The notes under the pieces were generated by a model. That model saw only the letters and a list, made by a program, of their open reading frames with translations, was not told where the DNA came from and did no database searches. Shown here one piece after another: positions 9,339 to 17,444 of a stretch of 24,000 nt of DNA. Within the stretch, counting starts at the first letter, position 1. Every line of letters begins with the position of its first letter. The stretch is from Thermovibrio sp. (GTDB taxonomy: Bacteria; Aquificota; Aquificia; Desulfurobacteriales; Desulfurobacteriaceae), in contig WFNZ01000067.1 of assembly GCA_015488335.1 (NCBI GenBank), positions 1-24,000 on the forward strand, read 5' to 3'. Made by a program: the position numbers and the translations under genes.

Positions 9339-9805
9339 TATTCCTCCATCTCTTTTAGAAGATTGACCATCTCTATGGCCGTAAGGGCAGCCTCCCAACC
9401 TTTGTTTCCGGCCTTTGTTCCCGCTCTGTCTATGGCCTGCTCTACAGTGTCGGTTGTCAGAACTCCGAAAACCACCGGTTTTTCTGTTTCAAGGGAGACA
9501 GCAGCTATTCCTTTGCTGACCTCTGCTGCCACGTAGTCAAAGTGGGGGGTTTCTCCTCTTATAACCGCTCCCAGTGCTATAACGGCGTTGTAGTTACTTC
9601 TCTTTGCCATCTTTTTTGCAATCAGCGGTATCTCAAAAGAGCCGGGAACCCATACTATTTCTATATCTTCATCTCTGCAGCCGTGCCTTTTAAGACAGTC
9701 AAGGGCTCCCTCTAAGAGCCTCTCTGTTATAAAAGAGTTGAACCTACTTACGACTATTCCGAATCTGAAGCCTTCTGCCCAAAGTTTTCCTTCAATTAAT
9801 TTCAT
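9338..9805 (-). CDS. ribH: 6,7-dimethyl-8-ribityllumazine synthase
   Basis: [29 protein letters not shown] and [15 protein letters not shown] are typical of RibH. The 155-aa length fits. Confidence 0.9.
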   Translation of the reverse strand: MKLIEGKLWAEGFRFGIVVSRFNSFITERLLEGALDCLKRHGCRDEDIEIVWVPGSFEIPLIAKKMAKRSNYNAVIALGAVIRGETPHFDYVAAEVSKGIAAVSLETEKPVVFGVLTTDTVEQAIDRAGTKAGNKGWEAALTAIEMVNLLKEMEE

Positions 9806-9815
9806 CTCTATCTCC

Positions 9816-10766
9816 TCAGCAGTTGAAGAAACGGTTACAGAGGTTCTTTAATGTCCTCTCAGCCCCTTCCATTATGTCTTTGACTATCTCTTCTGCCGTC
9901 TCTTCCTTGTTTACATAACCAACCACCTGGCCAGCCATTACAGATCCCCAATCAACGTCTCCTTTCTCTGCGGCCAGTCTCAGCCTCCCTTTTCCAAGTT
10001 CCTCTAACTCCTCTTTGGGAGCCCCAGAGAACTCAAGCTCGGCGAACTTCTTTGTTAGTTTGTTCTCAAGGAGCCTAACCGGGTGGCCGGTTGTTATTCC
10101 CGTAACTGTAACCTGGTTGAACCTTGCCTTCAGTATTCTCTCTTTGTATTTGGGGTGAACGTTACACTCCTTTGCTGCTAAGAACCGGGTTCCTACCTGT
10201 ATTCCTTCTGCTCCAAGGGCAAAGGCTGCGGCAGCTTGTTCACCAAGGGCTATTCCACCTGCGGCTATAACGGGAATCTTAACCGCTCTGACTATTGACG
10301 GAATGAGAACCATTGTTGTCAGTTTCCCTATGTGTCCTCCGGCTTCCATCCCTTCAGCTACAACGGCATCAACTCCAATTCTCTCCATCCTCTTTGCCAG
10401 AGCATCGTTTGCAACTACAGGGATAACTTTTATTCCCTTCTCTTTGAACGCCGGTATGTACTTTCCGGGGTTGCCCGCTCCGGTTGTAACTACAGGAACT
10501 TCTTCGTCTAAACAGACCTTAATTATCTCTTCTGCGTTGGGCATCATGAGCATTACGTTTACGCCGAAGGGTTTATCCGTTAGCTCTTTACACTTTCTTA
10601 TCTCCTGACGGAGCTCCTCCGCGCTCCGACTTCCACCGGCTATTATTCCCAACCCACCGGCGTTTGATACTGCCGCAGCCAGCTCGGCGTCTGCAATCCA
10701 GGCCATTCCCCCCTGCAGGATTGGATACTCAATTCCCAATATCTCACACAGCCGTGTCTTTAACAT
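9816..10766 (-). CDS. fabK: FMN-dependent enoyl-ACP reductase FabK (nitronate monooxygenase family)
   Basis: The sequence has an NMO/2-nitropropane dioxygenase-type TIM barrel ([27 protein letters not shown]; AGGHIG). Its position directly after plsX-fabH argues for the FabK role. The functional call is by context. Confidence 0.65.
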   Translation of the reverse strand: MLKTRLCEILGIEYPILQGGMAWIADAELAAAVSNAGGLGIIAGGSRSAEELRQEIRKCKELTDKPFGVNVMLMMPNAEEIIKVCLDEEVPVVTTGAGNPGKYIPAFKEKGIKVIPVVANDALAKRMERIGVDAVVAEGMEAGGHIGKLTTMVLIPSIVRAVKIPVIAAGGIALGEQAAAAFALGAEGIQVGTRFLAAKECNVHPKYKERILKARFNQVTVTGITTGHPVRLLENKLTKKFAELEFSGAPKEELEELGKGRLRLAAEKGDVDWGSVMAGQVVGYVNKEETAEEIVKDIMEGAERTLKNLCNRFFNC

Positions 10767-10784
10767 TCTCCCTCCAGCTCTCCT

Positions 10785-11729
10785 TTATATCTTTACTATA
10801 CAGGAACCCCAGGTAAACCCTCCACCAAAAGCAACCATAAGAACTTTATCGCCCTTTTTAGCCCTTCCGCTTCTAACAGCTTCGTCCAGCGCTATGGGGA
10901 TTGATGCGGCACTTGTGTTCCCGTATCGGTTAAGGTTTATAAAAACTTTCTCTTCAGGTATTTTAAGCCTTTCAGCTACAGCCTTTATAATTCTTACGTT
11001 TGCCTGGTGGGGAATCAGAAGGGCTATCTCATCGGGAGAGATTCCGGTCTTTTCCAGAAGTCTCTGTGCAGATTCAACCATTGTTCTAACGGCAACCTTA
11101 AATACCTCATTTCCTCTCATCCTCAGGTAGTGGGGCGGTTCCTCATTGGAACCTACAGAGGGTGCCACAAGGAGCTCCCCGTAAGATCCGTCTGCTCCTA
11201 TGTCAAAACCTAAGATTCCTTCGTCTTTACTCTGTTCAATAAGAACTGCTCCCGCTCCATCTCCAAAGAGTATGCAGGTTGTTCTGTCTTTCCAGTTCAC
11301 TATTTTTGAAAACCGCTCTGCTCCAATGAGAAGAGCTCTCTTTATACCTTTACTTCTCACTATTGAATCAACTGTGTAGAGACCGTATATAAAACCTGTG
11401 CAGGCAGCAGATATGTCAAAGGCTATGGCCTTTTTGTTCTCTAACTTTGACTGGACTTTGCAGGCTGTTGATGGAAAGAATGCATCGGGAGTAGCAGTTG
11501 CAACCACTATCAGCTCTATATCTTCAGGTTCCGCCTTCCCCTCTATTGCCCTTGCTGCGGCCTCTGCCGCCATGTCAGAGGTTGTCTCTCCTTCGCTAAT
11601 TCTTCTCTCTTTTATACCTGTTCTCGTGGTTATCCACTGGTCAGAGGTGTCTACTATTTTCTCAAGGTCAAAGTTCGTAAGAACTCTGTCGGGGACGTAA
11701 GAGCCGGTTGAAACTATTTTTACACCCAT
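10785..11729 (-). CDS. fabH: 3-oxoacyl-ACP synthase III
   Basis: The active-site Cys (DISAACTGFIYGL), HQANVRI and GNTSAASIP motifs are present. The start abuts the plsX stop (TAAATG). Confidence 0.9.
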   Translation of the reverse strand: MGVKIVSTGSYVPDRVLTNFDLEKIVDTSDQWITTRTGIKERRISEGETTSDMAAEAAARAIEGKAEPEDIELIVVATATPDAFFPSTACKVQSKLENKKAIAFDISAACTGFIYGLYTVDSIVRSKGIKRALLIGAERFSKIVNWKDRTTCILFGDGAGAVLIEQSKDEGILGFDIGADGSYGELLVAPSVGSNEEPPHYLRMRGNEVFKVAVRTMVESAQRLLEKTGISPDEIALLIPHQANVRIIKAVAERLKIPEEKVFINLNRYGNTSAASIPIALDEAVRSGRAKKGDKVLMVAFGGGFTWGSCIVKI

Positions 11730-12734
11730 TTACCTACCCGTTAGCTTTTCTATTTCTTCCTCTATATGGTTGTTGAGCTCCGACTCTACAAACTGTGTTG
11801 CCGTTCTAATAGCGTTCTTTATGGCCTTTGCGTTGGAGCTCCCGTGGGAAATTATAACAGGAGCTTTTATGCCTAAAAGGGGAGCTCCTCCCCACTCTGC
11901 GTAATCTATTCTCTTTTTAAATCCCTTTATAGCCGGTTTAAGGGCCAAAGCTCCTATCTTTGAGATGAAGTGTTTTTCAATTTCCTCTTTTAAAATTTTC
12001 GCCAGTATTTTTGCAAGGCTCTCGCTCAGTTTCAGTGCAACGTTTCCCACAAACCCGTCACACACAATAACGTCAAACTCTCCCGAATATATGTCTCTTC
12101 CTTCTGCATTTCCGATGAAATTTAACCCTTTCTCTTTAGCCTCTTTTAAAAGCCTGTAGGCCTCTTTGGTCAGTTCGTTTCCCTTTCCCTCTTCTTCCCC
12201 TATGTTTAAGAGGCCTACTTTTGGGTTTTCGTCCCCTAAAACGTAACGGGCGTAGGCACTACCCATCACGGCAAACTGAAGAAGGTGGTGTGGTTTGCAG
12301 TCTACGTTAGCTCCTACGTCTAAAAGAAAGGTGTGTCCCTTCAGGTTTGGAAGGATTGTAGAAATTGCTGGCCTCTCAACTCCTTTCAGCCTTCCAACGG
12401 TGAAGAGGGCAATGGCCATTACGGCTCCCGTGTTTCCTGCACTGACAAAAGCATCGGCTTTTCCATTCTTCACGAGCTGCAGTCCAACATGAATGGAAGA
12501 GTTTTTCCTTTTCAGGGCCTTTGCCGGCTGTTCATCCATTGGAACGGCATCTTCTGAATGGACTACTTCAATCAGATCCTTCGGATAGGAGTATCTGGAG
12601 AGCTCTCTCTCTATCCTTTCCCTGTCTCCAACTAAAACTACTTCTGTTTTAAGTTCCTTTGCCGCCTGAACTGCCCCTACAACAGGAGTTTGAGGGGCAA
12701 AATCGCCCCCCATAGCGTCCAGAACAATTCTCAT
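11730..12734 (-). CDS. plsX: Phosphate acyltransferase PlsX
   Basis: MRIVLDAMGGDFAP at the N-terminus, plus GNTGA and DGFVGN motifs. The gene sits in the conserved rpmF-plsX-fabH order. Confidence 0.9.
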   Translation of the reverse strand: MRIVLDAMGGDFAPQTPVVGAVQAAKELKTEVVLVGDRERIERELSRYSYPKDLIEVVHSEDAVPMDEQPAKALKRKNSSIHVGLQLVKNGKADAFVSAGNTGAVMAIALFTVGRLKGVERPAISTILPNLKGHTFLLDVGANVDCKPHHLLQFAVMGSAYARYVLGDENPKVGLLNIGEEEGKGNELTKEAYRLLKEAKEKGLNFIGNAEGRDIYSGEFDVIVCDGFVGNVALKLSESLAKILAKILKEEIEKHFISKIGALALKPAIKGFKKRIDYAEWGGAPLLGIKAPVIISHGSSNAKAIKNAIRTATQFVESELNNHIEEEIEKLTGR

Positions 12735-12914
12735 TTACTCCTCAACCTCTACAACCGTTCTGCCGTTGTAGTAGCCGCAGTGTTTACACACCCTGTGGGG
12801 AAGTTTGGGTTGAAGACAGTTGGGGCATACAGAGATAGCCGGGTTTTTGGCCTTCCAATGGGTTCTCCTCTTGTCCCTTCTCGTCCTTGAGACCTTTCTC
12901 TTTGGAACTGCCAT
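12735..12914 (-). CDS. rpmF: 50S ribosomal protein L32
   Basis: This gene is not in the supplied ORF track because it is 59 aa. My translation of the minus strand is [59 protein letters not shown]. It shows the classic L32 N-terminus and a CxxC...CxxC zinc ribbon. A GGAGTGAGGT Shine-Dalgarno lies upstream. The gene fills the yceD-plsX gap exactly. Confidence 0.85.
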   Translation of the reverse strand: MAVPKRKVSRTRRDKRRTHWKAKNPAISVCPNCLQPKLPHRVCKHCGYYNGRTVVEVEE

Positions 12915-12917
12915 ACC

Positions 12918-13427
12918 TCACTCCTTTTTAAGTTTATTTTTAAGCTCTTTTAGTTTCTCCCATCTTTTGTCAACTTCTTTTTCCTCATCTTCAGTCCACT
13001 CTTTGTAGTGAACTTCTTTGCACTCTTCACTACATACCGGTTTTACCGGCAGGTTAAGAATTACCTGCTCCTCAGCAACATCTGCAAGATCTAAGACTGT
13101 TTCGTCGGAGAATTTTATATCAAGGTCACTTCCCTTTATTTCGCCACCTGCAATTTCAGAAGTAGGAAGAAGTTTATACTCAAAGTCCTGCTCAATATGA
13201 TGGGTAAACTTTTTTAAACACCTGCTACAAGTAAGTTCAACGTTTCCGCTTATGTGCCCTTTAACCTGATAACCTGCCGGTTTCTTCTGAATTTCTATCT
13301 CTAACTTGAAAGGAGAGGAATCGCTTATTTCCTCCTCAGGTAAATTCATTACAGAAGGTTGAATTTCCGTCTTTACCTTTAACGGCTCCTTTGCCGTTAT
13401 CTCGTTGAGGTTAACTTTCCTCTTCAT
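12918..13427 (-). CDS. yceD: DUF177/YceD-family protein (23S rRNA accumulation protein)
   Basis: Two Cys pairs are present (CSRCLKKF ... PVCSEEC). The size and the position immediately upstream of rpmF are conserved for this family. An AGGTGA Shine-Dalgarno lies 5 nt before the ATG. Confidence 0.75.
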   Translation of the reverse strand: MKRKVNLNEITAKEPLKVKTEIQPSVMNLPEEEISDSSPFKLEIEIQKKPAGYQVKGHISGNVELTCSRCLKKFTHHIEQDFEYKLLPTSEIAGGEIKGSDLDIKFSDETVLDLADVAEEQVILNLPVKPVCSEECKEVHYKEWTEDEEKEVDKRWEKLKELKNKLKKE

Positions 13428-13465
13428 ACTTTCACCTGAATAGGGTTAGGGAAATTCGCTCCATA

Positions 13466-13516
13466 AAATTATGCTCAGACCCTATCTTTGCAATTGGATT
13501 GAGGGTAAACTAACTT
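13466..13516. promoter_or_regulatory. Putative back-to-back sigma-70-type promoters sharing a palindromic -35 hexamer
   Basis: TTGCAA at 13488-13493 is its own reverse complement. On the + strand it gives TTGCAA-17 nt-TAACTT (13511-13516), upstream of the SurA-N gene. On the - strand it gives TTGCAA-16 nt-TAATTT (complement of 13466-13471), upstream of yceD. This rests on pattern match only. Confidence 0.3.
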
Positions 13517-13533
13517 TAGTTCAAATAAGCTTT

Positions 13534-14097
13534 ATGGAGGATAAATTGAGAAAAGCACTACTAGCCTTTTCTGTAGCTCTTTCGGTTGCAGGATCTGCCA
13601 TTGCTGCCGAGAAGATCCTTGCCAGGGTAAACGGAAAACCTATAACTGAGAAGGATCTGAAACAGGTTGTGGAATCTCTACCGCCAAACTATAAAACCCT
13701 TGAAAACAATCCTGCCTTCAGAAAACAGCTCCTTAACAATATGATAAAAGAGGAGCTCCTCTATCAGGAAGCCCTGAAAGAAGGTGTTGAGAAAGACCCG
13801 GAAGTTCAGAAAGAGATTGCCCTGATGAAGAAACGCATCCTGATTCAGGCACTTCTCAAAAAACACATTAAAATAGGGAAGGTTAAAGTTTCTGATAGCG
13901 AAGCTAAAGCATTTTATGAGAAGAATAAAGTTAGATTTACAGATGCAAACGGGAAAACAGTTCCCTATTCTTCTCTTAAGCCTTTTATCGTTCAGAGCTT
14001 AAAACAGCAGAAAGAACAGGAAATGTTTAAACAGGCTCTTAACAGTTACGTTTCTCAGCTTGAGAAACACTCAAAGGTTGAGATTTATGCAAAGTAG
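13534..14097 (+). CDS. Secreted SurA N-terminal-domain chaperone-like protein with no parvulin domain
   Basis: A signal peptide is present (RKALLAFSVALSVAGSAIA|AEK), followed by ILARVNGKPITEKDL, typical of the SurA/PpiD N-domain. The start is either ATG 13534 or, better supported, TTG 13546, which lies 5 nt after GGAGG at 13536-13540. The track start at 13471 falls in the promoter region. Confidence 0.6.
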   Translation: MEDKLRKALLAFSVALSVAGSAIAAEKILARVNGKPITEKDLKQVVESLPPNYKTLENNPAFRKQLLNNMIKEELLYQEALKEGVEKDPEVQKEIALMKKRILIQALLKKHIKIGKVKVSDSEAKAFYEKNKVRFTDANGKTVPYSSLKPFIVQSLKQQKEQEMFKQALNSYVSQLEKHSKVEIYAK

Positions 14098-14116
14098 TTG
14101 ACTATAATCAACATCT

Positions 14117-14138
14117 GGCCCCTTCTGGGGCCTTTTAA
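14117..14138 (+). terminator. Rho-independent terminator
   Basis: GGCCCC-TTCT-GGGGCC forms a perfect 6-bp all-GC stem. It is followed by TTTTAAT and lies 20 nt after the stop of the preceding gene. Confidence 0.55.
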
Positions 14139-14159
14139 TACCGAATTCAGGAGGTTAAG

Positions 14160-15008
14160 GTGCGTTTGGCAGTTTTTCTCCTGGTTTTATTGCTGACCAC
14201 TCTGCCCTCTCGGGCGAAAATCGTTGACTATATAGCCGCTGTGGTAAATGGAGAGCCTATACTCTATAGTGAAATTGTCTCTTACGCTAAAGAAAACGGT
14301 ATTCCAGACCTGAGGGTTGCAAGGGACAAGTTAATTGAGAAAAAGATACTCCTTACACAGGCAAAGTCTGAAGGGCTTAAAGTTTCAGATTCGGAAGTTC
14401 AAAGGGCTCTTAAGAACTTTATGGTCAGGAACGGAATAAAGAGTGAAAAGGAGCTCTCTGAACTACTCAAGAAGGAAGGGCTAACGCTAAACGACTTGAA
14501 AGAGAAAATCAGAGAGCAGCTTCTAATTGCGAAACTCATAGCCCGTGATGTTAAGTCAAAGGTATCTGTTTCAGATGGTGAAGTTGAGATGATATGCCAG
14601 AAAGAAGAAGGGAAACCTGTAAGAGACGTTTACTACATCTACACGAAGAGCCGTTCTGTAGCAGATAAGGCTATGGAGCTCCTCTCAAACGGCGTTCCGT
14701 TTGAGAAGGTTGCAAGGGAGCTCTCTGAAGATAGAGAAACTGCTTCAAAAGGTGGACATATCGGGAAAGTCACACCGGGAATGCTTATAAAACCTCTGGA
14801 TCAGGCAGTGTGGAGTATAAAACCGGGAGATTACAAGCTCGTTAGAACTTCTGATGGCTTTTACATTGTCTATGTAAAGTCAGAAGAAAAGGGTCACTGT
14901 GATAGGGAGAAGATTAGACAACAGCTCTACATGATGAAGTTTCAAAAGGCCCTTAAAGACTACCTTGATAACCTGAAAAAGAGTGCCAGCGTGAAAGTTT
15001 ATATGTGA
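14160..15008 (+). CDS. SurA-like periplasmic peptidyl-prolyl isomerase (SurA-N plus parvulin domain)
   Basis: A signal peptide is present (MRLAVFLLVLLLTTLPSRA|K). A SurA-N-like region follows (IVDYIAAVVNGEPILYSEI). The parvulin core is GGHIGKVTPGMLIKPLDQAVWSIKPGDYKLVRTSDGFYIVYV. The GTG start has AGGAGGT 6 nt upstream. Confidence 0.7.
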   Translation: MRLAVFLLVLLLTTLPSRAKIVDYIAAVVNGEPILYSEIVSYAKENGIPDLRVARDKLIEKKILLTQAKSEGLKVSDSEVQRALKNFMVRNGIKSEKELSELLKKEGLTLNDLKEKIREQLLIAKLIARDVKSKVSVSDGEVEMICQKEEGKPVRDVYYIYTKSRSVADKAMELLSNGVPFEKVARELSEDRETASKGGHIGKVTPGMLIKPLDQAVWSIKPGDYKLVRTSDGFYIVYVKSEEKGHCDREKIRQQLYMMKFQKALKDYLDNLKKSASVKVYM

Positions 15009-15193
15009 TTTTTCTTCTTAACACAGTTTTACGTTTGTTCTTCTTTGATGCCAGAACCTGTTGATTTGGATTTCCTACCAGTTTACTGTTTTTATCTACG
15101 GTCTCTATTACTGTTTGCTTAAGCTTCTGTTACCGAAATGTTTGGATAGAACTTTGTAGTAGAATACCAATCTTAGGTTTTTTCTACTCTTTT

Positions 15194-15856
15194 GTGGAGG
15201 TTCCCTTGGTTACAGTAAAGTTAAAGCCTTTAGATGAAATACTCCGCTCACTCTCTGGGTTTAAAAGAGTTTATATAATTGGTTGCCAGTTAGGATCTGC
15301 AAGGTGTAAGAACGGTGGTCTTCGGGAAGCGTACAAAATAGCTGGTTATCTTGAACTTAAAGGGTTTAAGGTTACTGGAGTCAAAAGCCCGGGAGGCACC
15401 TGCGTTTTAGAAAGACTTGACCACTCCTCAAAGAGCCTGCTTCGGGAAGCTCAGGAGAGTGCAGACGTTATTCTCTCCCTTGCCTGCGGTGCAGGAACTC
15501 AATTGATAGCGGAGAATGTAACCATTCCTGTTAAAACAGGTGTTACCACTCTATTTATCGGTTCTGAAAGGGAAGGCCGCTACTTTGAGGAATACTGTAT
15601 AGCCTGCGGAGACTGTGTGATATCGGATACTGGTGGAATATGTCCTGTTGCCAGATGTCCAAAATCTTTGACCAACGGTCCCTGTGGCGGAGCCATTGCC
15701 GGAAAGTGTGAGGTTGACCCTAACCTTCCCTGCATCTGGTTCAAAATCGCTCAGAGAATGGAGCAGCTTAACGAACTGGAAAAACTGAGGAAGCCTGTTC
15801 CTATGAAAGATTACTCTCTATCTGTCTATCCAAGAAAGCTTGTTCTGGAGGAGTAG
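15194..15856 (+). CDS. metV: Methylenetetrahydrofolate reductase C-terminal-domain protein (MetV-like small subunit)
   Basis: A Cys-rich block (CIACGDCVISDTGGICPVARCPKSLTNGPCGG...KCE...CIW) is characteristic of the MTHFR_C/MetV family. The gene is directly followed by metF. An alternative in-frame TTG start at 15206 lies 5 nt after GGAGG at 15196-15200. Confidence 0.7.
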   Translation: MEVPLVTVKLKPLDEILRSLSGFKRVYIIGCQLGSARCKNGGLREAYKIAGYLELKGFKVTGVKSPGGTCVLERLDHSSKSLLREAQESADVILSLACGAGTQLIAENVTIPVKTGVTTLFIGSEREGRYFEEYCIACGDCVISDTGGICPVARCPKSLTNGPCGGAIAGKCEVDPNLPCIWFKIAQRMEQLNELEKLRKPVPMKDYSLSVYPRKLVLEE

Positions 15857-16744
15857 TTGTCTTTCAGGGAAAAGGTTGCTTCGGGCAAGTTTGTCGTAAC
15901 GGCAGAGGTTGCGCCCCCTCGGGGAACTGACTGGGAGCCAGTTATTGAATCTATAGAGCCTTTAAAGGGTAAAGTGGATGCCTTTAACGTTACAGATTGC
16001 CAGCGCTCTATGGTAAGAATGGCACCCCTTCCTATGGCAAAACTCCTCTTAGATTCAGGATACGAACCCATCCTTCAGCTCACCTGCAGAGACAGGAACA
16101 GAATAGCCCTTCAATCTGAACTAATGGGAGCTTATGCTTTAGGTATAGAAAATGTCTGTTTAATGACTGGGGACTTTACAACTTTAGGCGATCAACCCGA
16201 TGCTAAGCCGGTTTTTGACCTTGATTCTGTTCAGCTTATAGAAACTGCTTCAAAACTGAACAGCGGTTATCTTTTAAACGGTAAGGAGTTAAAAGGTAAG
16301 GTTGACCTGTTTTTAGGGGCTGTCTATAACCCTTTTGCCGGACCAGAAGTTCTCCAGATCTGGAAACTTGAGAAGAAAATAAAAGCGGGAGCCCGTTTCA
16401 TTCAGACTCAACCTGTTTACGACGTTAAACTGGCCGAAGAGGTTAGTAACCTGGTTTATTCCTTAGGTGCCGTTCCCCTTATAGGTATTCTTCCCATTAA
16501 GAGCCTTAAAATGGCAAACTTTATGAAGAGACTCAACCCTACTTCCGTTCCCGATTCGCTGATCAGAGGGCTTGAATCTGCTTCAGATCCTGCAACCTAC
16601 GGGTGGGAGTTTGCTTTAGATGTTGCAAGAGCCTGTGTAGACTTCTCAGGTGGCGTTCACTTTATGCTGGTAGGTAAAGTTCAGGAGCTTGCAAATTTTA
16701 TAGATTCTTTGAAAAATAACGGGAATTACAGGCAAAAATTTTAG
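15857..16744 (+). CDS. metF: Methylenetetrahydrofolate reductase, short MetF type
   Basis: KFVVTAEVAPPRG at the N-terminus, LQLTCRDRNR, and a FIQTQPVYD-type motif are present. The TTG start immediately follows the metV TAG, with GGAGGAG 4 nt upstream. Confidence 0.8.
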   Translation: MSFREKVASGKFVVTAEVAPPRGTDWEPVIESIEPLKGKVDAFNVTDCQRSMVRMAPLPMAKLLLDSGYEPILQLTCRDRNRIALQSELMGAYALGIENVCLMTGDFTTLGDQPDAKPVFDLDSVQLIETASKLNSGYLLNGKELKGKVDLFLGAVYNPFAGPEVLQIWKLEKKIKAGARFIQTQPVYDVKLAEEVSNLVYSLGAVPLIGILPIKSLKMANFMKRLNPTSVPDSLIRGLESASDPATYGWEFALDVARACVDFSGGVHFMLVGKVQELANFIDSLKNNGNYRQKF

Positions 16745-16757
16745 TTAAGAGGGGGAA

Positions 16758-17444
16758 ATGGAGAATCTGCCTCTTCACGTTGGGATAATTATGGACGGTA
16801 ACGGACGCTGGGCAGTAAGGAGAGGTCTTCCCAGGATAGAGGGCCATAGAAAGGGGGCAGAGACTACAGAGAAGATAGTTATAGCTGCAAGTAATCTCGG
16901 TATTAAATATCTTTCCCTCTACGCCTTTTCTACTGAGAACTGGAAGAGGCCAAAAGAGGAGGTTAACTTCCTCTTTTCTCTTATGTATGAGTACGTAAGG
17001 AGTAAGCTTGATCTGTTCCTTGAGAATAACGTTAAGTTTAGGACTATGGGAAGGGTGTGGGAGCTCCCCGACTACCTCCAGGAAGGGTTTGCCTGGATGG
17101 AGGAGCAGACTGCCCACTGTACGGGAATGACAGCCATTTTTGCCGTTAACTACGGTGGCCGTCAGGAAATTATTGATGCCGTTAACTCCATTTTAAGAGA
17201 AGGTCTTGACTCTATTGATCAGGAAACGTTCAGACACTATCTCTATATTCCGGAGCTCCCCGACCTTGACCTCCTTATAAGGACCAGTGGAGAGCTCCGT
17301 ATCTCCAATTTCCTCCTGTGGCAGTCTGCCTATACAGAACTCTGGTTCACAGAGACCCTCTGGCCAGACTTCACAGAAGAGGAATTTAGAAGAGCCCTTG
17401 AGGATTTCTCTAAGAGGGAGAGGAGGTTCGGCGGTATAAAATGA
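16758..17444 (+). CDS. uppS: Undecaprenyl-diphosphate synthase (cis-isoprenyl transferase)
   Basis: HVGIIMDGNGRWA, YAFSTENWKRP, IRTSGELRISNFLLWQSAYTE and a C-terminal RRFG are present. Confidence 0.9.
   Translation: MENLPLHVGIIMDGNGRWAVRRGLPRIEGHRKGAETTEKIVIAASNLGIKYLSLYAFSTENWKRPKEEVNFLFSLMYEYVRSKLDLFLENNVKFRTMGRVWELPDYLQEGFAWMEEQTAHCTGMTAIFAVNYGGRQEIIDAVNSILREGLDSIDQETFRHYLYIPELPDLDLLIRTSGELRISNFLLWQSAYTELWFTETLWPDFTEEEFRRALEDFSKRERRFGGIK

Noticed and set aside
14098-14108. TTGACT immediately followed by TATAAT after the SurA-N stop
   Set aside because: The two hexamers are adjacent with no spacer. The nearest -35-like TTGAGA is 19 nt away, and the terminator hairpin lies downstream of the box. 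It is likely coincidental, so I did not call a promoter.
15048-15122. A 24-codon small ORF (MPEPVDLDFLPVYCFYLRSLLLFA*) in the metV leader
   Set aside because: No Shine-Dalgarno lies upstream and there are no features of a leader peptide tied to methionine or folate control. It is probably a chance ORF.
15143-15158. A sigma-54-like element TGGATA-GAACT-TTGTA 36 bp upstream of metV
   Set aside because: The spacing is correct, but the near-invariant GC of the -12 box is GT and the -24 box is only TGG. This is too degenerate to call without a TSS.
16698-17117. A 139-aa - strand ORF across the metF end and uppS start
   Set aside because: It is antisense to two confidently assigned genes, has no ribosome-binding site and matches no recognisable family.
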